Positions 44,110 through 53,648 are shown, counted from the stretch's first letter. The stretch is 64,000 nt of DNA from Candidatus Micrarchaeia archaeon (GCA_041650255.1 JBAZLL010000001.1:100531-164530); one strand, 5' to 3'. Made by a program: numbers and translations. Notes: generated by a model from the letters alone, not told the origin.

Positions 44110-44562
44110 CTATTCTTTCTTGTGCTCCTTCTTTGGCTCTTTCTTCTTCTCTTCGTGTTTTGCCTCTTTCTTTGGGCTTGGTGCCTTTGCCATTATGCCG
44201 CAAAGCGGGGAGACTTTGTCGATTATCGCGCTTACCATCTCGGCTGCATTGCCGGGTTTGTCAATCGCGATTGCCGCACAAGGAACAGGCAGGCCGCATG
44301 CGCCGCCCAGCTCTTTCTTTGTGGGGATGTAAATGAATGGTACCTGCCTCTGCTTGCAGATTTCTGGCAAGTGCATTACAACCTCTTCAGGTTCAACATC
44401 CTCGGCGATAAAAACGAGTATGGATGTTTGGGATTCAATGCCCTTTGTAGCCTCGTTTGCGCCCTTTCTTACGCGCCCAGAGTCGGATGCGACTGTGAGT
44501 GCCTCAAGAGCTTTTGAGACTATTTCCTTTGGGGTTTCGTACTTAACGTAAGTTTTTGCCAT
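44110..44562 (-). CDS. rpl7ae: ribosomal protein L7Ae with K/E-rich C-terminal tail
   Basis: VRKGANEATKGIE..VFIAEDVEPEEVVMHLPEICKQRQVPFIYIPTKKELG. The ATG at 44562 is preceded by GAGGTGAGC. Confidence 0.9.
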   Translation of the reverse strand: MAKTYVKYETPKEIVSKALEALTVASDSGRVRKGANEATKGIESQTSILVFIAEDVEPEEVVMHLPEICKQRQVPFIYIPTKKELGGACGLPVPCAAIAIDKPGNAAEMVSAIIDKVSPLCGIMAKAPSPKKEAKHEEKKKEPKKEHKKE

Positions 44563-44744
44563 GTATTGCTCACCTCTATATTTCATCGGTTCATAGCTGA
44601 AGCTAGAAAAATTCAGCGAGATATATTTGTGCACCCATGCTTATAAAGCTTGATTATAGCCTCTGTCAAACCAAAAAACGCCCTGCCCATTAAAAACCGG
44701 AAATAGGTCAACAAAACTTTGAATCACAAACTCAAATATGAAAA

Positions 44745-44954
44745 TGGCCCCTCATAGTCCGCCTTCTGTTTTAATTACTGCATTCGACTAAGCGGCGTTA
44801 AAACGCCTTGCGTGCCTGTACAGCATTCACGGCCGTTTCATCCCTTGCGGGTATCGTTTCTGCTCCGTGGTGCGCACCTTAAGTGCTTGTACTTTTAGCG
44901 GCGCGGGCGGAGCTTCCTCACTCTTTTGCAAGAGCGCAAGCAGTCCGGGGGCCA
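44745..44954 (-). ncRNA. rnpB: RNase P RNA, unusually compact (~210 nt)
   Basis: The minus strand shows these elements. P1 is GGCCCC..GGGGCC. P3 is CTCTT-GCAA-AAGAG. The CR-I-like element is GTGAGGAAGCTCCGCCC. GGGATGAAACGGCC is present. The CR-V-like element is ACAGAAGGCGGACTAT, with P4 pairing TCCGCC/GGCGGA. Confidence 0.75.
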
Positions 44955-44978
44955 TTTGATAAAATTAGGTATTTCGCA

Positions 44979-44987
44979 CTATTTAAG
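44979..44987 (-). promoter_or_regulatory. TATA-like box (CTTAAATAG) for RNase P RNA, overlapping the GlyRS stop codon
   Basis: Lies about 25-33 nt upstream of the proposed RNase P RNA 5' end. Confidence 0.4.
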
Positions 44988-46481
44988 GCTTGTTTTATTC
45001 TCTGCGCTCAACTTTTGCAGTTTTTTCGCCAAATCAAAAATCTTTATCCTTTCCTGCCCGCCATCATCTCGGTATCTGATGGTAACATCTCCTTTCTCTT
45101 TTGAATCATAATCAATTGTAATGCAATACGGCACGCCAATCTCGTCCGCGCGGGCATATCTTTTTCCGATTGAGCCGGATTGCGTATAATAGCATTCAAT
45201 TCCCTGTGCTCTTAATTCATCAACAATTTCCTGTGCAATTTCAGGCAGTCCGTCCTTTTTCATGAGCGGGAATATCCCCGCAATATATGGCGCAACAAAG
45301 GTTGGAAATGCAAACCAATCCCATTCTTTCTCCGCGCTTTTTGGCCTGAAGCAATGCTCCAATATACAATAAAATGGTCTGTCCACTCCCAACGAGGGCT
45401 CAATCACGTGCGGCATAACCTTCTGATTCGTCATCGGGTCAAGCACGCTCAAATCAACTTTTGAATGCTTTGAATGATTCGCCAAATCAAAATCTGTCCT
45501 GTATGCAGTGCCGGATGTTTCAATCGTCCCATAAGAGGTTTCAACTTCCAAATCAACATTTCCTTTTGAATAATGCGGGAGCGCGTCCAAGGGCAATACT
45601 GCGAAATGAAATTTCCCTTTTTCAATTCCAATCTTCTCATAATATTGCTGTTGCCAATAAATCATTGCCGCCATTATCTGGTTTGGAACCCACTTTCTCT
45701 CTATTGCCTCCTGCAAACTGTATTCATCAACTTCCATTTGCGCGTCCCCTTCTGCCGGAGGTTTTATGCGGATTTTTTTATTTTGTATTTTTTCAAATCC
45801 TCCCCAAATATCCTCTGCCGGATTGAAAAAGTATTCAAGCTCCATTTGCGTGAATTCTCGCATTCTCACAAGCCCCTGTCTTGGCGAAATCTCGTTTCTA
45901 TAAGACTTTCCAATCTGCCCTATGGCAAAGGGGAGCTTTGAGCCGTTTTGCATGAAAATTCTTTTGAAATCCAAAAATATTCCCTGTGCGGTTTCCGGGC
46001 GCAAATAAGCATTCTCCTTTTCAGAGGAGCCGACTTTTGTCGCAAACATCAAATTAAACGCCTGCACTGCTGAGAGCTCTCCTTTGCATTCCGGGCACTT
46101 TATTCCATGGCTTTTAATTGCCTCATCAAGCTGGTGCGGTGTTTTTCCTTCCCATGAAATTTGGGTCGCATCCTGCAAAAGATGGTCCGCGCGAAATTGC
46201 TTTTTGTCCTTTTTGCAAATAACGACCGGGTCGGTAAAATTTGTCGCATGCCCAGACGCAACAAGCACCTCGTGCGGCACCACTGTTGAGGATTCAATTT
46301 CCAAAAATCCGTTTTTTGAAATAAATATTTCGCGCCAGAGATTTTGCATTTTTCTTTTTATCGGGGTGCCGATTGGGCCGTAATCGTAAAATCCGGCAGG
46401 AGCGCCGTATATTTCGGCGGATGGAATGAGAAATCCCCTTTGTATTGCGATGTCTAATACTCGTTCGTGAAGCTTTTGCAT
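44979..46481 (-). CDS. glyS: glycyl-tRNA synthetase (archaeal/eukaryal alpha2 type)
   Basis: RGFLIPSAEIYGAPAGFYDYGPIGTPIKRKMQNLWREIF, RPETAQGIF, FRNEISPR. Confidence 0.9.
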   Translation of the reverse strand: MQKLHERVLDIAIQRGFLIPSAEIYGAPAGFYDYGPIGTPIKRKMQNLWREIFISKNGFLEIESSTVVPHEVLVASGHATNFTDPVVICKKDKKQFRADHLLQDATQISWEGKTPHQLDEAIKSHGIKCPECKGELSAVQAFNLMFATKVGSSEKENAYLRPETAQGIFLDFKRIFMQNGSKLPFAIGQIGKSYRNEISPRQGLVRMREFTQMELEYFFNPAEDIWGGFEKIQNKKIRIKPPAEGDAQMEVDEYSLQEAIERKWVPNQIMAAMIYWQQQYYEKIGIEKGKFHFAVLPLDALPHYSKGNVDLEVETSYGTIETSGTAYRTDFDLANHSKHSKVDLSVLDPMTNQKVMPHVIEPSLGVDRPFYCILEHCFRPKSAEKEWDWFAFPTFVAPYIAGIFPLMKKDGLPEIAQEIVDELRAQGIECYYTQSGSIGKRYARADEIGVPYCITIDYDSKEKGDVTIRYRDDGGQERIKIFDLAKKLQKLSAENKTSLK

Positions 46482-46567
46482 GGTAGAATCAGGTTAAAAT
46501 AAAATAAAAAGCAGGGGGTTGGGGAAATATATCTATCGTCCGAAAAGAAAAAGCGGTTTTTGAAATT

Positions 46568-46705
46568 TGCCATGGGGGAGATTTGAACTCCCGGCTTCCA
46601 GATGGCTCAGCCACTGCCATTATTCGTCATTATGCTAATGCATTCTGCACTCATATGGATTTGACCTATGAGTCTGGCACTCTAACCAGGCTGAGTTACC
46701 ATGGC
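46568..46705 (-). tRNA. tRNA(CAU) (elongator Met or Ile2) with 63-nt intron
   Basis: GCCATGG/CCATGGC acceptor, ACTC-AGCCTGGTTA-GAGT, anticodon stem CCAGA..TCTGG with CTCATA, T arm GGGAG-TTCAAAT-CTCCC. The intron contains TATGAGT, complementary to ACTCATA. Confidence 0.8.
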
Positions 46706-46879
46706 ATATTGTTTGATTTAAACCTCTGAAAGTATATACATATGCGGATAAAAGGAATAAAAAGGAGAGTGGGTGATTCAATCCTCACCTAAAAACAATA
46801 AAATAAAAAAATCAAACTCGCCCGAGTTCAAATCAATCAAATCCGGGCAAGTTTTTTTTGCGTATTTGGTTTTGCCAAA

Positions 46880-49165
46880 TTATCTTATCACCGGCATCTC
46901 TATGTCTATGCTCGGCAAAGCGGCGCTTATCCCCTTCGCACTCTCCTGTGCAGGCAAAGAAATGCTTGTTATATTCGGCATATCCGGCGCAATCTCATTT
47001 ACCTTTATGTACTTGTTTGAGATTGTGTACAACTCATCGCCGATATAAATGCTTCTTTGCACGGTTGCAGAATCCCACCAGCCGAAATAGCCTGTTTGCA
47101 GAGAGTGTTCAACCTTTCCAACCTCGTCAAACCCATTTTTGCTTATATTAAACACATATGCTCCGTTCCAGGTTTTTGTCTTGTCGTTGAACAGTCCACT
47201 GCTGGTCTCAACTTCGGTGACTGGCAAAACCATCAGGCCTCTCTTTGCATCAAGCAAAAATGCTTTGTGGTCATGCAATACTGCCGAGTCGGAACCCGAG
47301 TCTCCAATTTCAACGCTGTCAATAAGCTTTGGATTTGCCGGGTTTGTGACGTCAAAGAGAGCCGCTTTCACTCCCTTTGTGCTTGTCGTGCCCCATTCAC
47401 TCTCGCCGGTTTCTTTTCCAATTCCAATAATTATATTTCCCTCAAACGGATGCAAATATTGGCTGTATCCGGGAAGCTTTAGTGCTCCGAGAATTTCCGG
47501 ATTTTTCGCATCCGACAAATCAATTACAAAGAACGGGTCCACCTGCTTGTAAGTGACAAGATATAATCTGTCGCCCATAAATCTTGCAGAATATATTTTT
47601 TCATCCTGCGCAATTACTTCAAGCGAGCCGATTGTCTTCATGCTTGAATCAAGCACATACACATTGTTGTATTGCACATGCTTTGCCGCCCAAACATCAA
47701 CCGTTGTGGCGACGCGCAGATTCGAGTCTTTCTCATCCATCGCAAACTGATTCACCAAATACCCCGGAACACTTCCGGCACCCGAATACGAAATCTGCCC
47801 GTTTTTCACGCCGAGTTTGTAAATGGTTGTCTTTGTGTTTGCAATCTGGTATTTTGCGTCGTATTCCGCCAATGCGTCGGTTATGTCCTCAACAAGCTTT
47901 GTGTAATATTGCTTTTTTGCATCCGGTAGCAAAGAGCCGTCGCCCTCATACGCCGGTTTCATGAAGTCCATCAAAATCGGTTCAATCTCCTGCCATTTCT
48001 GCTCGTCGTTTCCGGCTCCATTTTTTATCGGCAAAATTTTTGCCTGCACATCCTGCGGCAAAAGCGGGAGCATGACATCATAGAATCGTTTGCTTGCATT
48101 CATGCCCTGATTATTTTTGCACCATCTGCAATAGCCCCAATACTGGTTTTGGTATGCAAGATAGATGTTATTGTCGGACATCATCATGGTGCTTGAATAT
48201 CCGAGCAAAAATGTTTTTGCATCCAACACTTTTTCATCTTGCACCGAGATTGATGCGATTGTGTTTAGCTGGTACGAGCTTTGTATGTCGTCAAAATAGT
48301 ATATTTCCGGTGTAATCATTGCGTCTTTCTGATAAATCTGCGGACCATTTACATTCTCATAGTATCCGCCCGGGCTTTGCTGTGTAATGACATACACTAC
48401 TTTATCCATCATCCTTGACTGGTAATAGCTTCCTGAAATTGAAATGTTTGAGCTGATTTTCGGGTTTTTCACATCGCTAATATCGTATGTGTAAACGATT
48501 GTGTACGCGTCGTATTTTTGGTAAGGTGTTATGTCATATTCCGATATTGCCATGGATTTTTTCTGGGCGCCTGCAAAAAGCACAAGTTTTTTTCCCTGCA
48601 CAAACATCTGGTTTGCCTGTCCATAATTCCCATTTCCATCGTCGGGAATCTTTGTCCTGCTGACTATTTTTGCTTCTTTGGGATTTTGAGCATCAACGAT
48701 TATCAGCTCGTTTCCTTCTATAAGATAAATGTATTTTCCATCAGTCTTTACAAAATCCGCTTCGTCAATTCCTGCTATCTGAACATTTGTCTGCGAATAA
48801 TCGGAGCCTGCAACAGAGCCCTCGTTCATGCTCTGGTCTGTTGGTGCTGCGCTTGGTGAAATCGCGGTTATTATTTTCTCCATTCCAAATGATTCGGTGC
48901 TCGTGGTCCTTATTGCCCCTGTGCCGGAGTTTGAATTTGTCTGCGTAATCTGACTGCTTTGAAGCATCCACGCATTCATTTCCTGCAAACTTGAAAATTT
49001 CTTAAGCCCGTTAATTTGCGCAAGCGGCTGTGAAATATTGCTAAGCTCGCTCGGCTTTGTGATGCTTGGAATTTGGTCTGTTGTTTTTTGCGTAGTGCCT
49101 GTGCACCCTGCTACAAGCATAATAGAAAATATTGCCAATGCGATTACTAAATTCATTTTGTCCAC
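46880..49165 (-). CDS. secreted beta-propeller-domain lipoprotein
   Basis: Lipobox IMLVAGCTG. C-terminal LYLVTYKQVDPFFVIDLSDAKNPEILGALKLPGYSQYLHPF is typical of the 'beta propeller domain' family of secreted proteins. Confidence 0.7.
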   Translation of the reverse strand: MDKMNLVIALAIFSIMLVAGCTGTTQKTTDQIPSITKPSELSNISQPLAQINGLKKFSSLQEMNAWMLQSSQITQTNSNSGTGAIRTTSTESFGMEKIITAISPSAAPTDQSMNEGSVAGSDYSQTNVQIAGIDEADFVKTDGKYIYLIEGNELIIVDAQNPKEAKIVSRTKIPDDGNGNYGQANQMFVQGKKLVLFAGAQKKSMAISEYDITPYQKYDAYTIVYTYDISDVKNPKISSNISISGSYYQSRMMDKVVYVITQQSPGGYYENVNGPQIYQKDAMITPEIYYFDDIQSSYQLNTIASISVQDEKVLDAKTFLLGYSSTMMMSDNNIYLAYQNQYWGYCRWCKNNQGMNASKRFYDVMLPLLPQDVQAKILPIKNGAGNDEQKWQEIEPILMDFMKPAYEGDGSLLPDAKKQYYTKLVEDITDALAEYDAKYQIANTKTTIYKLGVKNGQISYSGAGSVPGYLVNQFAMDEKDSNLRVATTVDVWAAKHVQYNNVYVLDSSMKTIGSLEVIAQDEKIYSARFMGDRLYLVTYKQVDPFFVIDLSDAKNPEILGALKLPGYSQYLHPFEGNIIIGIGKETGESEWGTTSTKGVKAALFDVTNPANPKLIDSVEIGDSGSDSAVLHDHKAFLLDAKRGLMVLPVTEVETSSGLFNDKTKTWNGAYVFNISKNGFDEVGKVEHSLQTGYFGWWDSATVQRSIYIGDELYTISNKYIKVNEIAPDMPNITSISLPAQESAKGISAALPSIDIEMPVIR

Positions 49166-49288
49166 TACATCACCTGAAGGAGACTGGAATTTGTTTATTA
49201 TTAAGGGTTATAGTTTTGGTTCGGGCTTTTGCTCTTCTTTTCTTGCGCCCAAGAGAAGAATGCCAAAAAAAAAGAATATTGTTTTTGC

Positions 49289-49711
49289 TTAATTTTTAGG
49301 ATTCGGAGATATTTTCACATCCCCATCCTCATACCAAAGATATGCAATTTTTTCAAATTTGGAATTTGCTATAACTTTTGGATTGCACAAAACATCTCTT
49401 GAATAGTTCCATCGCCCATCTGTCGCAATAATTTTTCTGTTGTCTGTGCTAATGCCAAATTTAGTATAAGCAATCTCAACAGTCCTTGAATTCCCCTCTC
49501 CCAGAATACAAATTTCGTCCGCATAATCCGCAATCATGTCCACTCCGTCTTTCAGCGATTTTTTTTGCAAAATGCCTTCTTGGGAGTTTTGCATTTCGTT
49601 TACCGCGGACGCGGCTATGATTAAAAGAGATAATGCAACCGCGCAAACCAGCAGGGTCTCAAGGGTTAATTGCCCTTTTTTTTGTTTAATGAAGAGTGCA
49701 CCCAACAACAT
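49289..49711 (-). CDS. class III signal peptide (type IV pilin-like) protein
   Basis: MLLGALFIKQKKG|QLTLETLLVCAVALSLLIIA. Confidence 0.65.
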   Translation of the reverse strand: MLLGALFIKQKKGQLTLETLLVCAVALSLLIIAASAVNEMQNSQEGILQKKSLKDGVDMIADYADEICILGEGNSRTVEIAYTKFGISTDNRKIIATDGRWNYSRDVLCNPKVIANSKFEKIAYLWYEDGDVKISPNPKN

Positions 49712-49774
49712 CAATCCCTTAGAAAATTTGAATTAACCCATACACCAAATCGGTGTTGGGTATTGCCGGCAAGC

Positions 49775-50017
49775 TTACTGGCAATATCCTATGCTTGTGT
49801 CGCAACTGCCAAATCCAAGCTTTTGGCAGTCAGCATCCGTGGAGCAAGCGGCATCCCCTGCCGAATATGTTGTCTTATTTATCAAGTCGTTTGCCTTTGT
49901 ATCCATCGCATCTCCCACATTTTTTGTGGTTTTTGCCATTTGCGTGTACGCAATAAATGCCAGCCCCAAAACAAGCACCATTATGATAAGCATCTCTGCG
50001 GAAAGCTGTCCCTTCAT
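49775..50017 (-). CDS. small type IV pilin-like protein (80 aa; major-pilin candidate)
   Basis: MKG|QLSAEMLIIMVLVLGLAFIA. GAGGTG lies 5 nt upstream. C-terminal 4-Cys motif CSTDADCQKLGFGSCDTSIGYC. Confidence 0.7.
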   Translation of the reverse strand: MKGQLSAEMLIIMVLVLGLAFIAYTQMAKTTKNVGDAMDTKANDLINKTTYSAGDAACSTDADCQKLGFGSCDTSIGYCQ

Positions 50018-50408
50018 CACAACACCTCAGATATTATTCTCATTTGCGCTTATTATGGCTTACTATTTGGCAAAATGCCAAAAATTGTTGAAAAAATCAA
50101 AATCGGCAAAAAATTTGAAAACAAGCAAAAACAGGCTCGGAATAAAAAGCAAAAAACAGCTCGACTCTGAAACTGGCAAAAGCAAAAAAAAAACACTGCC
50201 TGGAGCAAAACCTGCAAAACCAAAAAATAAAAACACGCGGGCGGCCCCGAGGTCGCCTCGGGGTCAATTGTTTTCAAATTTTTTGCGGGTTTATTTTTGT
50301 TCAGACAAATCCGATTTTTCATTCAATTTAGAAAATTTATTTTTAGGACAAAGACAATCTCTAGAGGCTTTGGATTAGATTTAAAAGCATCTTAAATGTA
50401 GGGTTTGC

Positions 50409-51053
50409 ATGGAAATGGGGAGAACAGGCTTTGCCTTCTCGTTGGATGCGTTTGTTGCGTTTTCATTGGTGCTTATTGCCATTCAATCCCTAATTGTAAT
50501 TTCGTCCGCCCCCCAAGGATATTATCAGGGTCTTGGGCAGGCAAACTATCTTGCACAAGGGACGCTGGACGTCGTATCCGATATAAGATTAGATGATGGG
50601 CGAACATCTTTGCTTGACGGTGTCGCAAGAAATGCGCTTATTGGAAGTTCGCCTCCCGACCAGCTTAGAGTAGCTACCGAACGCCTCATTCCATCCCCTT
50701 ATTCCTATTCGTATGATTACTATGATTTTGGCGCAAAGAGCTGGTACAAGGTGTACAATGCATCCGAGCATATGAAAATTCCATTTGATGCTTATTACAA
50801 TCCTCGCTATTCCAACGTATCTTTTAATCGGGTGATGGCAACATCCACAATTCTTGTTGGTGCATATTCGGATCCGGTGATTGTTGGCGATTCGCCTTAT
50901 TGCAATGTTCAATGCAAGGGATATCGCGCGTCAACCGACGATTATTCTGATCCTCAAAGTTGCATTCAAGTCCCATGCAATGTAAATCCAAAAAGCACAT
51001 TTGACGCAGGTGATTATAGCATCGGGCTTTTGCGCCTGTCGGTATGGGGTTGA
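50409..51053 (+). CDS. type IV pilin-like protein
   Basis: MEMGRTG|FAFSLDAFVAFSLVLIAIQSLIV. Confidence 0.6.
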   Translation: MEMGRTGFAFSLDAFVAFSLVLIAIQSLIVISSAPQGYYQGLGQANYLAQGTLDVVSDIRLDDGRTSLLDGVARNALIGSSPPDQLRVATERLIPSPYSYSYDYYDFGAKSWYKVYNASEHMKIPFDAYYNPRYSNVSFNRVMATSTILVGAYSDPVIVGDSPYCNVQCKGYRASTDDYSDPQSCIQVPCNVNPKSTFDAGDYSIGLLRLSVWG

Positions 51054-51055
51054 AG

Positions 51056-53068
51056 ATGAAAAAGGCACACATAAATTACAAAAAGGGATTTTTCTTCACG
51101 GTTCTGGCACTGGTATTGCTCTCATTTATTTTTATCTCCGTGCAAATTTGGGCGCAGGCAAAACAGGTGGAGGAGAATCGCGCGGCGGAGCAATTTCGCT
51201 TAAGCGCAATGCGTACCTCGCTTAAACTCATCAGCAACGAAACCCTCTCAAACTATGCAAAGGCGTCAATGCTTTATGCGCTAAACAAACTCTCATCATC
51301 AATTGAGGAGCATCCCGATTTGGCGGTAAAGGGAATCAAATTCAATGATGATATCAAAAAGGACCCCGAAGGAATAAAATATGTGAATGCAAGCATTTAC
51401 GAGCTAATGATATATGGCAACACAAGCGGCTATCTTGTAAAGGATTATTCTTCCTCAAGCACTCCCGCAACGGACTACTTCTACAATTACGTCGGGTTTG
51501 ACCCAGACTTAGAAAGCGGAGGAAGCATATTAATCCGAAAAAATCTTACCTATTCTGGGGAGGAGAAAAAATATGCAATCTCATACTTTTTTGAATCCAC
51601 AACGCAAGCGGCAAAAATGCTCGGCTACAATATAGCTTGGGGCAAGCCATACAATTTCTCATTCAATCAGTCCGATCTCTGGCACGTACGCGTGTATATG
51701 CAGGTGCCTGTGGAATTTTCCGATTTGGAAGGCAGGCTAAAAATAAATAAAGAGCTTTCTGCAGATGCCACGATTGACATTCAAGGACTTAGCGATCCAT
51801 ACATAATGAGAAAAGATGTCTCTTACCGCGATACTCCATTTTCTATAGACTCAACATTTTTCCAATCAAGACCTCATCGCAATGTTTACCATATAACCGG
51901 ATATGAAGATTACCGTACCGGCGGGGTGCAGGCGCAATTGAAAAAAGAGGGGCTTGAGGGAATGGGCTGGTTTTATGGTCCGGTAGCAGAAAATATAGCC
52001 CATGACGATGCCCTATTCGCGAGCAAGCAAGATTATCGTTACAATATCTCAAAATTAAATCAATATATATTCGCCACAAGCGATGCGGATCTTGCAAGAG
52101 CGGAATCTGCGTTCTTTGGCGGAATAATACTCTATGGTCAATCCTCATTTTACTCTCTCACCAATCGAGTTGAGGTTCAATCAAAGAATCCCAATCTACC
52201 ATGCTATCGCGATGAATATTCACAAACGGGTTGTCTATGGTGCGTTAAAAAATACGAATATATGCCCCCTCAATGTTCCGACACCTCCCTCCCAGAGCCG
52301 TATTATTACAAATACCCTGCAAGGCTTGACATCCCGCACGTTGTAGTCAGCGGCGGTCTGCCAAGCGTACAAAACAATTATCATCTTCAAATGCCGTATA
52401 TGCTTATTGACAACAAGCTGAACATTTCCGATATTTGTGGTGCATACAACTCCGATCCATCATGCAGGAATTTGGGAACCACTGTAGATGAAAGCCTAGC
52501 TCTTCTTCAAAGAAAACAATCCGATTCATCGGGCGGCAACGACCATTCATGCTCTATATGGGACATGAACGGACCCCGCGACATGGCACTATGCGGCTAT
52601 TATACATGGTCGCCTTATGGTCCGTCCTATTTGCAAAGACTCAGTGCGATTCCCTCATCTGTTGAAAGAGACCGAACCGACACCGCAAAAGGAATTTATC
52701 CGGGTATTTCAACGCTTGGATTCGGGATAGAATCTTTTGATGTTGGCACATGGGCAGGTGGAAAAATAGATCAAAATACAAACAAGAACCTCGGTGCTGC
52801 GGACTCCGAAATGGAGCTAAGCTCAAGGGTTGATTATCAATTTTATCGCCAATCCGGCGCAACACCTGCTTGCATGGGCATGTTCCAAAAATCAATGCCC
52901 GGATGCAAGGACAGTGCAACCTGCTCAAACCAGACAATGGCAATTGAATACTCAACAGGAAGATTTGCATTCACAATTCAATATGACAATCCGGTAGAAC
53001 GTTACAATATGACAAAGCTTGGCTATGTGCCCCTGGGCTCCGGGTTCGGGGTAAGCTCGTGTAAGTAG
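51056..53068 (+). CDS. large (670 aa) protein with pilin-like N-terminus (tip adhesin candidate)
   Basis: MKKAHINYKKG|FFFTVLALVLLSFIFISV. The start lies 2 nt after the upstream stop. Confidence 0.55.
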   Translation: MKKAHINYKKGFFFTVLALVLLSFIFISVQIWAQAKQVEENRAAEQFRLSAMRTSLKLISNETLSNYAKASMLYALNKLSSSIEEHPDLAVKGIKFNDDIKKDPEGIKYVNASIYELMIYGNTSGYLVKDYSSSSTPATDYFYNYVGFDPDLESGGSILIRKNLTYSGEEKKYAISYFFESTTQAAKMLGYNIAWGKPYNFSFNQSDLWHVRVYMQVPVEFSDLEGRLKINKELSADATIDIQGLSDPYIMRKDVSYRDTPFSIDSTFFQSRPHRNVYHITGYEDYRTGGVQAQLKKEGLEGMGWFYGPVAENIAHDDALFASKQDYRYNISKLNQYIFATSDADLARAESAFFGGIILYGQSSFYSLTNRVEVQSKNPNLPCYRDEYSQTGCLWCVKKYEYMPPQCSDTSLPEPYYYKYPARLDIPHVVVSGGLPSVQNNYHLQMPYMLIDNKLNISDICGAYNSDPSCRNLGTTVDESLALLQRKQSDSSGGNDHSCSIWDMNGPRDMALCGYYTWSPYGPSYLQRLSAIPSSVERDRTDTAKGIYPGISTLGFGIESFDVGTWAGGKIDQNTNKNLGAADSEMELSSRVDYQFYRQSGATPACMGMFQKSMPGCKDSATCSNQTMAIEYSTGRFAFTIQYDNPVERYNMTKLGYVPLGSGFGVSSCK

Positions 53069-53075
53069 TGGTTTG

Positions 53076-53639
53076 ATGATGTGCAACAAATCTAATCTAA
53101 AAGGGCAGTCCTCTGTTGAGGCGTTGCTGATATTGGCGGTTGCAATAGCGTTCATCATACCTCTCGCATTAATATTTTTCTCATCAAGCGCTTTGGGACT
53201 TGAGACATTATCTCAGTTGCAGACAAAGGCGCTCGCGCAACATATTTCAGATGCCGCCGGGCAAGTATGGTACGAAGGTCCGGGTGCAAGAAAAACAATT
53301 CTTGTAAGCTATCCCGACGGGATTGAGAGCATTCGTCTAAGCGGAGACGATGTGACCTGTTTTCTAATCGGAAGTGAGCGAGTGTGCCATGATGATATAA
53401 AATACAAAGGTCGCGACATCGTGCTCACACTGGCGCTTGAAAATGCTGGTAAGGTGCAAATAGATGCAATATCTCCCGCTCCGATGAAAAACGAATATTT
53501 TAGGGATGCGGCGCAAAATCTGAATTACAAATATTCTCCAACTGATGAAAAGCTTACTGCGGGGCTCGTTGTTCTTGTAGTAAAAAATGAGGGACCGTAT
53601 GTGAACGTTGTTCGCTATGTTGACGGCTTGGACTATTGA
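53076..53639 (+). CDS. type IV pilin-like protein
   Basis: ..KSNLKG|QSSVEALLILAVAIAFIIPL. Confidence 0.65.
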   Translation: MMCNKSNLKGQSSVEALLILAVAIAFIIPLALIFFSSSALGLETLSQLQTKALAQHISDAAGQVWYEGPGARKTILVSYPDGIESIRLSGDDVTCFLIGSERVCHDDIKYKGRDIVLTLALENAGKVQIDAISPAPMKNEYFRDAAQNLNYKYSPTDEKLTAGLVVLVVKNEGPYVNVVRYVDGLDY

Positions 53640-53648
53640 GGTCATGTA

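Noticed and set aside
49791-50378. 195-aa plus-strand ORF, and a nested 31-aa Lys-rich ORF (MPKIVEKIKIGKKFENKQKQARNKKQKTARL from about 50076), in the pilin intergenic region.
   Set aside because: The long ORF is antisense to the pilin-like gene and then runs through poly-A-rich DNA, which automatically yields Lys-rich low-complexity sequence. No SD and no recognisable fold.
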